A stretch of DNA of 64,000 nt from Octopus vulgaris (GCA_951406725.2 OX597821.1:56978001-57042000), one strand, 5' to 3'; positions 15,510 to 28,706 are shown, numbered from the stretch's first letter. The notes: generated from the letters alone by a model not told the origin. Program-made: numbers and translations.

Positions 15510-16867
15510 CTACTCTACCTGTGTAAACTGTGGGTATGGGGGTATGACATCTACTATGTATATTTCCTATTTAGTATTGGGGAAGTTTCATTTATGAGGA
15601 CGTACTCCTGTATTTGTCTGAGTGTTGGTCCTTTTGGGTGCTTGGATAAGATGCGGATGTCAAGCTGACCCAGGTTGCCCTCATGTTGGTCTTTGATATG
15701 TTGGTAAAGTATGGAGGACTGTTTTATGTCGTCATATTGTCTCAAATGTTCATTTAGTCATTTCACAATGCTCCTAGATGTCTCCCCTATGCATGTCCTG
15801 TTCATGTCTTTACAAGCACCTACGCATCATTTGCTGCAAACTACATTTCTAGTTCTACAGTTAATGCCAGGGCTAATCCTACATACCATGCAGTTATCAT
15901 TGGTGCATATGGTATTCTCAAAGGGGTACGTCCTACATAGTTGTGATCTGACGGAGTTCCCTGGCTTTTCAACAATTTTAATGTTGAGTTTGGTCTCCTT
16001 CGGGGATTTTCTAAATCTACGGGCTAGTTCTCCATGGACTGTGGCCTCTACAAACATCACTCCTTGATATTTGTTGGTTTTATACCCCGTGTTCGCCCTG
16101 TTTGCTTTGTCACAAGTTCTAACCGAAGTTCAATATTAAAACTATTGTTGGGATGCTTAGTGGGGTAATCTATAGATACCTTGATACTTTGGTGAATGGA
16201 GTTAGCTATTTACTGGATTCTCTCCATTACATTCTTCTCAGTCTCTAGATTACCGTCACTAAAGTTGGTTCTAACTATTATATTAATGTCATTTACATAT
16301 CTACTGTAGAGTGAGTTGTGGACTGTTCTGCTAACATTTGTTTAAATTTACTGTCCCACCATGTCATGAAGAGGCCGGCCACATCTCCAGCTACACTGAC
16401 ACCGATGGCTGCACCTTGAAGCTGCATGTATGGTTTTTTGTTAAACTTTACCATGTGGTTCTTCAAGATGGTTTTTACACTGGCCCCTATTGCATATGCA
16501 ATCATTTCTTTCACCTGATTGTTGTTCTCAGGGTTTGGGGTTGGTGCGTCCAGCCACTCCAGCGCTCTGTGGTGCTTTTCTTCACTGCTGAAGTGATGGT
16601 GGGTCCCCTCTGTGACCTGGTGGGGCAGAATACATACATACATACATGTGTAGGCACACACATGCGCACTAACCCACACACATGCACACAAACAAACAAA
16701 AAGGAACGCAGTGTGAATAACGAACAGAGTGAAAACTACTGAAAAGGCTGCAAAGCGCAACGAAAATTTTAGAAAAATAAAAAAGTGATAGTGGAAATTT
16801 TAATTTTACCAGTGAGTGTGTTAAATTATAAGGCACTAAAAGAGAATGACTCTCCCTAGACACAACA
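14524..16867. repeat. Nested inverted repeats enclosing a PLE fragment
   Basis: Outer diverged arms about 14524-14848 and 16626-16867; inner near-perfect 293-bp arms 15128-15420 and 15508-15800. Confidence 0.88.
15508..16625 (-). pseudogene. Decayed, internally deleted Penelope-like element (RT, Cys-rich linker, GIY-YIG)
   Basis: YMQLQGAAIGVSVAGDVAGLFM (RT motif B); frameshifted RYVNDINI (motif C with D to N); CTNDNCMVC...CRTRNVV; IGETSRS; PTLRQIQEYVLI...PILNRK. Confidence 0.85.
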
Positions 16868-16930
<63 letters not shown>

Positions 16931-17258
16931 CGAATAAGCTTTATTTTAATTATCTTTTGTTTCCTTAAACTATGAAGCACATCATATCTGTGAAACATAT
17001 TAAAAGAAGGAAAATAAGCAATATCTTCTAAGTTCATTTCGATTATATTTGAAAGTACAATTCTTATTAAATGGCCAGATATCAAAAGAATTCTTTGACT
17101 TACACTATCGAATTTCCACAAGTCCTGTTAGTATAAAATAATTCACAAGCCTTGCAATCTTAATTAACTTTTGGAAGGTTTGTTTTAAGTATATGTATCG
17201 AATCTTTGAAGTTATATGAATATTTATAATAATAACTCTGTGTATCTCTAATTACCAG

Positions 17259-17350
17259 CTGAATTTCTGTCTGTTCCTTAACATCGTAAGAGTATTATTC
17301 ACGAAACTGAATTCGCAACAAAACTTGGAATCAAGAAATACTCGTTATAT
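17259..17350 (+). CDS. Class B1 GPCR exon encoding TM5 and ICL3
   Basis: attaccag|CTG AAT...TAT AT|gtaagt; 92 bp, phase 0 to phase 2; LNFCLFLNIVRVLFTKLNSQQNLESRNTRY matches the family NFxxFxNIVRVLxTKL motif; phases fit both neighbouring exons. Confidence 0.93.
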
Positions 17351-17401
17351 GTAAGTGATAACATTTTGGTTTTTTATTTTGTATATCATTAGTATCTAAT
17401 A

Positions 17402-17775
17402 GTGGAGGCGCAATGGCCCAGTGGTTAGGGCAGCGGACTCGCGGTCGTAGGATCGTGGTTTCGATTCCCAGACCGGACGTTGTGAGTGTTTATTGAGCGG
17501 AAACACCTAAAGCTCCACGAGGCTCCGGCAGGGATGGTGGTGATCCCTGCTGTACTCTTTCACCACAACTTTCTCTCACTCTTACTTCCTATTTCTGTTG
17601 TACCTGTATTTCAAAGGGCCGGCCTTGTCACTCTCTGTGTCACGCTGAATATCTCCGAGAACTACGTTAAGGGTACGCGTGTCTGTGGAGTGTTCAGCCA
17701 CTTACACGTTAATTTCACGAGCAGGCTGTTCCGTTGATCGGATCAACCGGAACCCTCGTCGTCGTAACCGACGAA
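17402..17775 (+). mobile_element. tRNA-derived SINE family C
   Basis: tggcccagtggttagg (A box) and ggtttcgattccc (B box); minus-strand relatives at 46212-46382, 36788-37050 and 31616-31694. Confidence 0.85.
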
Positions 17776-20154
17776 ATCAAAATATACTATAAATATAATG
17801 GTTAGATGAGATCATACTGCACAAATTGAATTATGCATTTAGCGACTAGCCTGCTTATAAAATTTCTTAATTGATTTACAGCTCGTAAAAGAGGAGAAAT
17901 ATATGTGGTATCTACAGGGAGATAAGGAATGAAGCTGATGAGAGGGGAAGTTGGGAATGAATGAGTGAATTAAACAGGAAAATGTCTATACATAACTGGA
18001 TAAAATAGACGAAGGAAGCAAAGGTTTTTCATATTGCATATGCTTATCTTTTTTTTCAAATTTTATGAAAATAAATTTCATCTCTTTTTAGATACGATTT
18101 ATATATGAAATCATAATCATGTTGGAAACAAATCTAAAATAGCTATAGTGACATTCGATATATCGAAACTTATATCGAAAATAATTATACCAAATAAGAA
18201 TGGTTCTTTGTTGCTTTTGATGATAAGCAATTATTTGTTCGATCGATTGAACCACCCAGCCGTTAAATTGACGCAAAAGTGGCTGAATATTCAAAAGAAA
18301 TGTGCCAAATAAATATTGTTTTCAGTTAGACTCGGCATGAGTCATTATGGAAACGGTGGGGAAAGGACTTCGAATTACAGGACTGCACCTGTAGTTCACC
18401 GGGTTTACGTCACGATTACTGCCGATATAATCTCACTCACAACGCTTTGAGTGACTCGAGGCTCTGGTAAAAGACACTTTCTTAAGGTGGCGTGTAGTGA
18501 GATTGAATACATAACTATATAACTGCAAGCAACTTCCCCACTCATTGTATTCATGGCAACCATATCCAAACATTGCTACGCCATCGGGGAATATCACAAA
18601 TTGGTGATGGGGGAGTATGAATGACGGCGTAATTGCGTTATTCTCATTATTATGATAAAGTTATTAAAACGTGCTTTATTGTTTACCTTCTTGCCAAGCT
18701 GGATATCAGTATATCAAACTCTTGGGAGTTGTTAATAAACCCTTGCTCAAGATAAATAAATCATTGATCAAACAACGTCGGAGTAGCATAAGATCAAATC
18801 AAAGAGAAAATTATTAGAAGCAATTAATAATCGACAAAAGAAATTAATACCAAAAATAATGATTTTTTTTTTTTTGTTCTTTTCATAAAACGATAAAATC
18901 TCGCTGACAATTATAAATATATGTCTCTTAACGATGTCTTAAGATCTTCCTTTATCATTTATTTATGATATTTATTTCCTAAGTCTGGTCATATCAGTTT
19001 AATATTACAATAAACACCTGCATCACACAATTTTTTTGGCTACAAATTATTATAATAATTAGTACTTTTCTGCCCTCGCATATCCTTCCACCTTTGTCCA
19101 TGCCTCCCTTACCCGTGCCAGCCAACGTTTGTTTTGAGGATTTCAGTTTTGATTTCCTTCCACTTGACCTTCCTGAAATTCAAATCCATGAGGGACGAGT
19201 CATGTTTGGTGTTATTTGAACCATATACAGACAATTGCATAACGTTGTGCTCTGAAATACCTGTTGCAATGACCTAAACATTGTGAACGAGGTCTGTATT
19301 AGTGGTAAAGACTAGGTCGTGTGTATTATTTCCCTTGCTGGACGAGTAATATTTTGTTGCACGAGAAAATCTGTGTTGGTATCGAGGTGAGCGTTCATAT
19401 TCTCCTGTTTAGTTGTTTAGTTCCACGAGATATAGCCTGCTGGCCAGCTGAACCTAGGAAAATTAGATTCCCGTGCTAAAAGTACATTAGCCTGTGAGCT
19501 GGCCTTACTAAGGGTTTGAATTATGAGTGACAAAGCAACTCTGAAATTATCTCCGTAGTTAGCCTGTTATCAAATCGCGGTCGATCACATGTATTATTAG
19601 TGCATAACACACTATGCTGAAGTGAGAGAGGAGGGCATTTGTTGTCAGCTCTTCACAGATGAAGAGCGTTACTCCTCCTTGTTTCCGTATTCTGCGGTCT
19701 GTTTTGTGTTGTACATAACCTGACATGTGTATTTCCGCATCCTATATGTCTGAGGTCAGGTGTACTTCACTTAGTGCTTCATTTAGTGCTACACATATTG
19801 GTTTTTCACTGTGCAAGGTCTCTTAGATATGATACCTTTGTTACAGTTGCGAAGTCTCAGAAACCTTGTATATTCAGCATTATTACTGGGTTGAATTTCT
19901 GGATTAATGATAGTAATGGTGTATGGTTGTGCACTAGGGTAACAACAGTGGTTAGTGCTGTATGAAAGCTAAATTGTTTTTCTTTGTTTTTGTTTTTGCC
20001 TAATTCATCATGACTAAAAAAGTATTTTCTTGTTTTCGGAGTTGGTTGTCTGGAGTTGTTATAGTTGCACTGTTGAATATGGTTATAGTTACGTAGTTTG
20101 CGGTTGTTGATTTTACTATTGTATCCAGTGGACACCTGGGTGAATTCTGGGTTT

Positions 20155-20535
20155 CAGAGAAAGTTTGAACGGATTTTTGTGGTTTTTGTCACTGTTTACA
20201 ATTATCTTTAAACAAATTTTTTAATGGATCATATAGATGTAATTTTTGACGCTGAATCCAAATTTGTTATTCATTTATTCCAGAAAAAATTCTGCAAAAG
20301 TGTTACAGATGTTCAAAGTTTGATAATTTTCAGAATTTTCAACCAATCAGAAAACAGCACGTTCGCTGCTGCTTCCACGATCGAGATAGGGGGATTCATC
20401 GTCGTGTCAAAACATTGATATCTCCCTTGTACAGGCCAGGCACACACATACTCAGACAGTTGAAACGCTGATTTTTCTCTTCAGCGTTGTTGAATTTTCA
20501 ACCTATTTCCATTGCATACTCATACACACGCACAC

Positions 20536-20595
<60 letters not shown>

Positions 20596-21004
20596 ACACA
20601 AGCATTCACATATCTCCCTTTTACATACACCTCTCTCATTCATCTATCACCCCTTCCTTTATCATTCATATGTTGTGACGGAAAAATACAAGAGTATTAT
20701 TATAGTAAGATTATCTTTCACGTATCTCTTTCTCCTTGTGCGCATGCGCAGTATCTTCGGATACTATGGAAACAGAGCTTTTCGCCACGGTGATGTGTAA
20801 AATACTCGCTTCTGATTGGCCTAAATACCCAGATTTCACAAATTTTAAAAGATAATAACCTTTTAATTATGGGTTTATAGGGAAAATGAATTTAATTTTC
20901 ATAATTAGTATACAAAACTTAATCCATATACCAAATTTGAAAACAATTGGAATAAAATTGTAAACGGTGACGAAAACCACAAAGATCCGTTTGGACTAAC
21001 ACTG
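20155..21004. mobile_element. Non-autonomous DNA transposon (MITE) with about 45-50-bp imperfect TIRs
   Basis: gtttgaacggatttttgtggtttttgtcactgtttacaatt (20163-20203) is the near reverse complement of aattgtaaacggtgacgaaaaccacaaagatccgtttggac (20956-20996). Confidence 0.75.
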
Positions 21005-21187
21005 TCACTGAAAGAGATGTTTCTACTGTGGATCTGGTGGTGGCTTGGAGCCATGCTTTTAATAGTATGTCGAGTCCTCTGGGAGATAAGTGAAGGACAG
21101 TTACTCTTCAGACATAATCTTTCGCATTGGAAGTTGCGGTAGATTTTAGGATTCCGGTTTATACGCGCGGAAACCTTTAATTTTGAT

Positions 21188-21538
<351 letters not shown>

Positions 21539-23212
21539 TAGGAAGACAATGGGGATGAGGGATCTCTTCTGTTATTCTGAGAGAATGAGGAATGTGATTA
21601 GCCTGTGTTGCTTAATAGGTCATCAATTGTTCTAGTATTAAGGAGTGACTGTGGTTGTTGACCTTGTTGTTGTTGTTCACTTATGATAAGAATATTAGCA
21701 GTAGAACATGATGACAATGATGATGATGTTGAGCCAGTTGAAGTATTCGGAGGGAATGCTGAATTTGGATAGCTGGACTGCGAAGGGCTGCTGATTGTGG
21801 ATATTAATAAGTCATCAATTGTACTGGTATTGAGGAGTGGCCATAGCTGCTGGCCATGTTGTTGATGTTGTTTAGTAGAAGAAAATACCAAAATGAGATT
21901 TTAAGATGTCTGAAATTGTTCCGTATCTGCTTCTCTGATCGGTTATTGGACAGTTTGGGTTTTCTTTTGCCAATACAATTCAGACATGAAACGTCTATGT
22001 TTTCAGTTTTAGAAAAACATAACTGTGCGTTTAGGAGGATGTTGATTTCTTTCTTAGTTCACATTTGTTTTTTTTTATGAACGTGTTATGTAGCCTTGAG
22101 TCCGCGTGACAGCACGATGTTGATATATGGACGTGGTGGCAAAAGATGCGTGAATGTATCTGGGTAAGTGTGTACGAGCGTGTAGGAAATCGCAGAAAAA
22201 GTTCCAGAGTACTCGTGGATCTATGACGATAGTAACATGTGGGTCCTCAGTAAAATTGCACCTAACATGAAGCTTTAAAAACTAATCTTGAGGCTTTTTG
22301 CAGGCACTGCTAATTCATAACTGTTTTTTCACATGGTATATGAACTTATTTAAATTTTCACAAAGTCAACTTTATCTCCTGATGATTACAAAATCGTTGA
22401 ATAGGTGGGTTTCCACTTGAATTCTGTTTCTTCGGCTGCTGATTGGCCAGAGTTATGGGTAACACGTCTACCCGGTAAAGTTCAGCCGTTTTTCACTAAT
22501 TTTGCAAACACGCAGACAGACAAAGATGGATGATTACAATACCCTGCTTTCGCTCACGCGCGCAGCTTAAATAAAATAAAATGGATTAAAATAAAGTAAA
22601 ATAAACAGTATAAGAAAAAACATAAACCCAGACAACACAAAATAAAGAAAGTAAAATACAATGAATATAAAATGAGAAAATAAGGGGTTTGATATGGGCA
22701 AATAAAAAGCTAATTCGATCACATCGACCCCAGTGCTCAACATGTACTTATTTCATCGACCCCGAGAGGATGAAAGTCTAAGTCGACCTCGACAGAACCT
22801 GAACTCGTGAGAGGAATCCTCTCTTCATCAAAAAAAAAAAAGAATGTAGTTGAAGTAGATTTGTGAAACAAGCACATAAGAAAATGATCTTTTCTGTTTG
22901 TGGGTGTTATCATATCTAATATCTCATGCGATTAATTTATTAATTGAGTAAACTAAACCATAAACGATTGAATAAACTAAACCATGATAGCACACAAAGT
23001 ACATGTCAAAAACAGCTATAGATTTATAATACTCAAATACATGTATAAAGTCCACAGTATATGCCATTTTTTTTATATATATATCACTCTGTAAAAGCAT
23101 ACCGTATTAACTCGGTAACGCATCTATGGTTTACTAAGTCGACTGATGCATTTGTATTAGCCAAGAGCTTAAGAAGTATTTTGCCCGCATTACTTAATCT
23201 CTTATGTGTGTA

Positions 23213-23291
<79 letters not shown>

Positions 23292-23569
23292 AGAGAGATA
23301 GAGAGAGAGCCCATAGTGGATGAGATAGTCAGTACAAGGAAAATAATCATTTCATAACTTTTGGCGAGATTATAGTTTTAAGTTGACAAAGAACAGATTA
23401 TAAAATGCTAAAGTAATGCATGGTAAGGATAGCCAACTAGAAATGTTCAGAAAAATTCAAGGCTTTAATGCCAACTTCTTCATGAGAGGTAGGTAGTATC
23501 GAAGGAGAAAATCAGCGGTTAAATCAGATTTCTTTTTTCTAGGTACAGAAACAGAAAACACAGACACAT

Positions 23570-23925
23570 GTGGTACCTTGGGCAGGTGTCTTCTACTGTA
23601 GCATTGGTTCGAAACAAGTCTTATGAGTGGATTTGGTACACGGAAACTAAAAGAAACCCATCGTATATATATATATCTATCTATATAGATATATATACTG
23701 TATATATTTATGTATGTGTGTCTTTGTGTCTGTGTTAGTCCCTCCACGTTCGCTTCACAACCGATGTTGGTGTCTTTACGTCCCCCTAACATAGCGGTTT
23801 GGCAAAAGAGGAGGATAGAATAAGTACTGGAGTCGATTTGCTCGACTGAAACCCTTTAAAATGTTGCTCCAGTATGGCCGCAGTCAAATGACTGAAACAA
23901 GTAAAAGACTAAAAGAATAAAAGAA
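23570..23925 (+). mobile_element. SINE family A, 5'-truncated
   Basis: cttgggcaggtgtcttctac...tggccgcagtcaaatgactgaaacaagtaaaaga. Confidence 0.8.
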
Positions 23926-23943
23926 TATATTCATATATATATA

Positions 23944-24155
23944 TTAAGTTAATCCAAACATGAAAACACAAAGAGAAAACACAACAGCGCGAGGACGTGG
24001 AACAAGTATAGTGTTATTGGACGCTCAGGAAAGAAGGAAAGAATGAGGGTTTAACGTTTCGAGCGGAGCTCTTCGTCAGAAACATAGGAAAAGGAAAGAT
24101 CCAAAGAAGGGAAGACGGAGGAAAAAAATCGCCAACGGTACACACGCGGTCACAT
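23944..24155 (-). mobile_element. Solo pLTR / retrozyme-like unit between (TA)n and (CA)n
   Basis: Contains a minimal HHR; its end resembles the fragment at 39165-39258 (acacaac..gaggacgtgg..tattgg/tattagc..tcagg). Confidence 0.7.
24049..24083 (-). ncRNA. Minimal type I hammerhead ribozyme
   Basis: Minus strand GUUU-CUGACGA-AGAGC-UCC-GCUC-GAAACGUUA-AAC: intact core, stem II and palindromic AACGUU stem III. Confidence 0.85.
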
Positions 24156-24759
24156 GCAGACATGCACACACACACACAATATTGGACATACATACACAAA
24201 GTATGATTTAGCTAGCATCGTGATTGCTTTGGGTATGCAGTATTGACAAATCACAAAAATGACGAAACATGGATGTCTATTGTTCCTCTATAAGATCGCA
24301 TACGAGTTATATCGCTTGTCTATGACTTCCAAATGTTTTAACACCATCTGCATTGAAGAAAATATATATTCTCTTACCGCTATAAATGCAACCTACCCAC
24401 GAACTGGTAAAACACATACTTTGTGTATGCGTGCTATTTAAATGACAGAAACTGCACTTTTTGTCAAAAAAACTATCTCTTCAATGAAGTATAATTTTTA
24501 ATGTCTTTTGGCTATTTACGACATTACTGTCAGAAAAGATTCTGATATTTTATATATCATAGCAGCGAGATTTGCCTGTCATGCAGTGATCGGACACCTC
24601 CCTCTGCTGATTTCCAGTAGAATGAAATCACGTGATATGGGAGTTCTGGTGCCTATAACTGACGATTCTCGTCTACTAGCTGGATATAGAAATTACCTCC
24701 TGCTGTTAATATTGCTTCCATTGCTATTTTTTCTTTCTTAATTTTTTTTTCTTTCTTTA

Positions 24760-25125
24760 ATTTTTTTTCTTTCTTTGTTTTTACCCCTCTGCGAAGTAAT
24801 TTTATTTTAATTCTCTCGCAGGAAGGGCTAGTTTGTCGAGTCGTGTTCTGTCCTACCTTCGAAACACGCTAGAGTTGAACTAGGGACAGCTGATGAAGGG
24901 GATTTTTCCTTGTGTAGTTTGTCTTGTACTCTGTTTTCTGTTGTAAAAAAATGGTTTGTTCCATGCTTGTTTTTCCGTTTTCGTCTCTCGTTGAGTTCTA
25001 CGTCTAGTTGTGGTGTCCTGTACTCACGTATATATATTTATATATGCATGTATATATACATGTAGATGTAGGTACGTACATATATGTATGTATGTATGCA
25101 TATATTTTATTGTATTGCATATATT
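24760..25125 (+). mobile_element. pLTR/retrozyme-like repeat, copy 1, with permuted HHR
   Basis: Colinear with the reverse complement of about 31136-31510; ends in (TA)n. Confidence 0.75.
24842..24901 (+). ncRNA. Candidate non-circularly permuted hammerhead ribozyme, copy 1
   Basis: CGUGU-U-CUGUCC-U-ACCUUC-GAAACACG-CUAGAGUUGAACUAG-GGACAG-CUGAUGA-AGGGG. Confidence 0.6.
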
Positions 25126-25136
25126 TTATTTATATA

Positions 25137-25177
<41 letters not shown>

Positions 25178-25363
25178 CAGCGACTTCATCTAAGAATATT
25201 TGGAGAAGAAATATTATTCCGAAATGTCATATCAGACTATGGATGACTAAATTACAACATGTATCTGTATTATAGTGCTTTGTTGTACCATTAAAAACTT
25301 TTTATTCTTTACAAACAATACGCAATGCTTCAAGCGAATAACAATATTCTCCCATATACATAC

Positions 25364-25394
<31 letters not shown>

Positions 25395-25745
25395 TATATG
25401 CGTGACAGCTTTCTGCATTGTTTCTGTTTACCATATTCCACATACACGATATTGCTCAAACCGAACGCAGAGTTTAAATACAACCCGGAACTACATAACT
25501 GCGAAGTCAACCACTTAATGGTATAGCTAAATACATTTAGATAAAGATAGATTGTTGGCTATGTCTATCAGCTCATCTAATCTACAGCATGACGGAAGTG
25601 TTCGCGAATTATTTCAGCAGTTTCAATTTTAAAGAAATCTTTTGTCTAGGCATCATTATCTTTTTTCTCTCTCGCATCATTTGCTTCTAACATTATAAAT
25701 CTATCAATGTATATGTATGTACGTACGTTCGTATGTATTATGTAG

Positions 25746-25776
<31 letters not shown>

Positions 25777-25824
25777 TGTATGTATGTATGTATGTATGTA
25801 TGTATGCATGTATGCATGTATGCA

Positions 25825-26043
25825 TGGCAGAGTCGTTTACACGCCGGGCGAAATGCGTAGCCGTATTTCGTCTGCCGTTATGTTCTGAGTTCAAATTCCG
25901 CCGAGGTCGACTTTGCCTTTCATCCTTTCGGGGTCGATAAATTAAGTACCAGTTACGCACTGGGATCGATATAATCGACTTAATCCATTTGTTTGTCCTT
26001 GTTTATCCCTTCTGTGTTTAGCCCCTTGAGGGTAGTAAAGAAA
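25825..26043 (+). mobile_element. SINE family B, ending about 40 bp before a GPCR acceptor site
   Basis: tggcagagtcgtt...gttctgagttcaaattccgccgaggtcgactttgcc...gggtagtaaagaaa. Confidence 0.85.
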
Positions 26044-26085
26044 CAAAATATGTAAACAATTCTCATTTTTTTCTTCTATCTGCAG

Positions 26086-26221
26086 ACGCTTAGCTAAATC
26101 CATTTCCATACTCATTCCACTCTTTACCGTGCATTTGATTTTTATATTTCAACCTGATGAAGTATCGGGGATACCCGAAATCGTCCTCCTTGCGCTCGAA
26201 ATGTGGTTGAGTTCATTTCAG
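26086..26221 (+). CDS. Class B1 GPCR exon encoding TM6, ECL3 and start of TM7
   Basis: ctatctgcag|A CGC TTA GCT AAA TCC...TTT CAG|gtgagt; 136 bp; RLAKSISILIPLFTVHLIFIFQPDEVSGIPEIVLLALEMWLSSFQ (family consensus RLAKSTLxLIPLFGVHY...SFQ). Confidence 0.93.
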
Positions 26222-26719
26222 GTGAGTTGAAGCATCGTGTTTTTTTTTTTTTTTGTTTGTAAATCTTGCCGTAGTTTCTTTCTCAGTATTTCATATTCTA
26301 ACATTATTCATGTTTTATCACTAATACCTAGTTTTAAAATTTTAATTTTAAAATTTGATAATATTCACTGCGATTAATTTATTGTTATGATAAATGTTGA
26401 AAAAAAATACATATGAGAGTGAGCATGTATAGGTGCGTGTATACGTACGATTTCCTCAATGCCTACATGGAGTTTGATGCGTCGTTCTATCGTTTTGGTT
26501 TTGTCGAAGTGGACGAAGAAATATTTTGGATAAAATTGGTACAGAATCCAGCAGCGACAATATTATGAACATGAAGGCACATATCTAAAAGTAGGTCATT
26601 CGGAATGTATTTCCATGTGTTCATCATTACGTTAACACACACATATATATATATAGATAAATGAATACATATGGATTGCATACCAATACACACATGCCAT
26701 AACATATAGTTGTTTAACT

Positions 26720-27295
26720 GCCTGTAGACTAGAAGGCGTGTAAGAGGAAAAGCCGTGGGGATAAAGATGCAACTTTTGATCGATAGAATGGTGCTGAAAG
26801 ACTGCAAGAAAAACATACTAAACTAGGTATGGCGTGAATCGATTATAAGAATGCTTATGACATAGTCCCGCATTCCTGGATTTCAGAAAGTCTTGAGTTG
26901 ATACAGATGTCTGATAGCATTTCAAATTTTATCAGATCAATGACGAACTAGAATATAGCTTTAACATCGTGTGGAAAAGTTTTGGTGAGGGTTAACATCA
27001 GGAGAAGTACGTTTCAGAGAGATAGTCTGTCACCATTGTTGTTTGCGATTTGTATGATACCTCTCACACAGATATTACGGTAAGTGACATCGGGGTACAC
27101 CTTGAAAAATGGAGAAAAAGAAGTTACCTGTTATATATGGATGACTTAAAGATCTTCGGTAAGAGTGAATGTGAAATAAATGGACAAGATTCAGCAGTGT
27201 AGTAAGGATATCGGGATGGAATTTGGGATTAAAAAGTGTGGTGTGCCTATCATGAAACAAAAGGCAAAGTAGTGTCATTTGATGGTGTAGGACTA
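26720..27295 (+). pseudogene. R4/Dong-like LINE RT fragment in a GPCR intron
   Basis: QLLIDRMVLKDCKK, IDYKNAYDIVPHSWI, FQRDSLSPLLF, LLYMDDLK, DIGMEFG, with stops and frameshifts. Confidence 0.8.
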
Positions 27296-27324
27296 TAATA
27301 AATCTTTTTTGCTTTTCTTTTCAG

Positions 27325-27366
27325 GGTCTCGTGATTGCAATTCTGCTTTGTTTCGCTAACTATGAG
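27325..27366 (+). CDS. Class B1 GPCR 42-bp TM7 exon
   Basis: cttttcag|GGT CTC...TAT GAG|gtaacg; GLVIAILLCFANYE, the characteristic 14-codon TM7 exon of secretin-family receptors (GxxVAxxYCFxNxE). Confidence 0.93.
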
Positions 27367-27592
27367 GTAACGATATCTCTCTTTTCATAGACCATTTTTA
27401 GAATTTTCAAATAGTGAACTTTTCGATATTTAGTTATATCTCTTTCACTTCCGTTATACTGCCAGCGTGCTGGAGAATTATTTGAACATCACCTGGCTTC
27501 ACATTTCTGCTTTGCAGAACTCAATGTTTATGGATATGCAAGAAATCACTGCATTTTTTAGTGAATGCCGTAAAGTATATATATATATATAT

Positions 27593-27787
27593 AGGGAGAG
27601 TTTACGAAAAAGACAAAAGACGAAGACAGGTGGTGTACAAAACAAACAGATGTATTAGTATAATGCTCAGGAATTGAAAAAGTCTTTTACGTTTCGAGCC
27701 TACGCTCTTCTACAGAAAGGGACACAGAAAAAACAAGGAGAGAAACAGAGAGAGAAAAAATGTGTGTAGTGGCTAACGATCTATCAT
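27593..27787 (-). mobile_element. Solo pLTR-like unit in microsatellite, with HHR variant at 27684-27719
   Basis: Minus strand CUUU-CUGUAGA-AGAGC-GUAG-GCUC-GAAACGUA-AAAG (core A6 to U); flanked by (TA)n and (TACA)n. Confidence 0.7.
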
Positions 27788-28706
27788 AGGCTCGTACACA
27801 TATATACATACATACATACATACATACATACATACATGTATATATATATAAACTTAAGCTCGTATACATACATACCTACATGTATGTATGTATGTATGTA
27901 TGTATGTATGTATGTATGTATGTATGTATATGTATATGTATGTGTGTGTATGTATCTTTTAATCGTAACCTGGTTATTATTCATAAAGAAACCTTTTCTT
28001 TTCTGCCTTCTCTAAGAGTGAGACTACGCTTCGCTCAAAAAATAATTATTGGTTTCCCAGACAATAAAACCAATTTTTGTATACCATAGTTATGCCATGT
28101 TATAAAACATGCAAACGTAACGAAATACTGCACGATATTTCGTTTAAAACTATTGGGGGTGCTTGTCTCCCCCTTGCAAACATAAGGACACAGGAAATGT
28201 GTCAAGGCCGACAGGAGGCGTTGATGCTTCCTAGTGCTAAATAGCGGTTGTGTGATTCTCTTTATGGGACTGTCACTTTAAGTTGACAGTATACAACTGC
28301 TCTATCGTACCACCACTGCTTATATCTCTCTCAGATATTTAAAAATGTAATATTTCTATTATTTAAACTTAGTTACTCGTTTATCTTTCTAAAACATAAT
28401 ACAGTACACTATTACTTTTACAGGTTAAGAACTATTTTAAAACTAAAAGAACAGACCGAAGCGAGATGAATATTATTCGTGTTCTAAAAGACTAGAAGAT
28501 GTATCTGTATAATTAGTATATTTTAAAACCGCATGATATACTATTTATCATATCAATATACTATTTATAATATTTATCACGCTATGTATCTTCAGTATTT
28601 ATGTTCAGCAAATGAAATTAGGTATTAAACTATGAATTTGCTTTGCCTATGGTTTGTTTAATCAGTTAGATTCTATTCTATTCTCTGATTCATTTCTTTA
28701 TTGCAG

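Noticed and set aside
17402-17480. Possible tRNA gene
   Set aside because: The A/B boxes continue into a multi-copy SINE body and no proper acceptor stem is evident
26154-26185. CTGATGA-AGTATC-GGG-GATAC-CCGAAA looks like a hammerhead core
   Set aside because: It lies inside the GPCR TM6-ECL3 exon (PDEVSGIPEI) and has no convincing stem I/III with a valid cleavage triplet; probably coincidental
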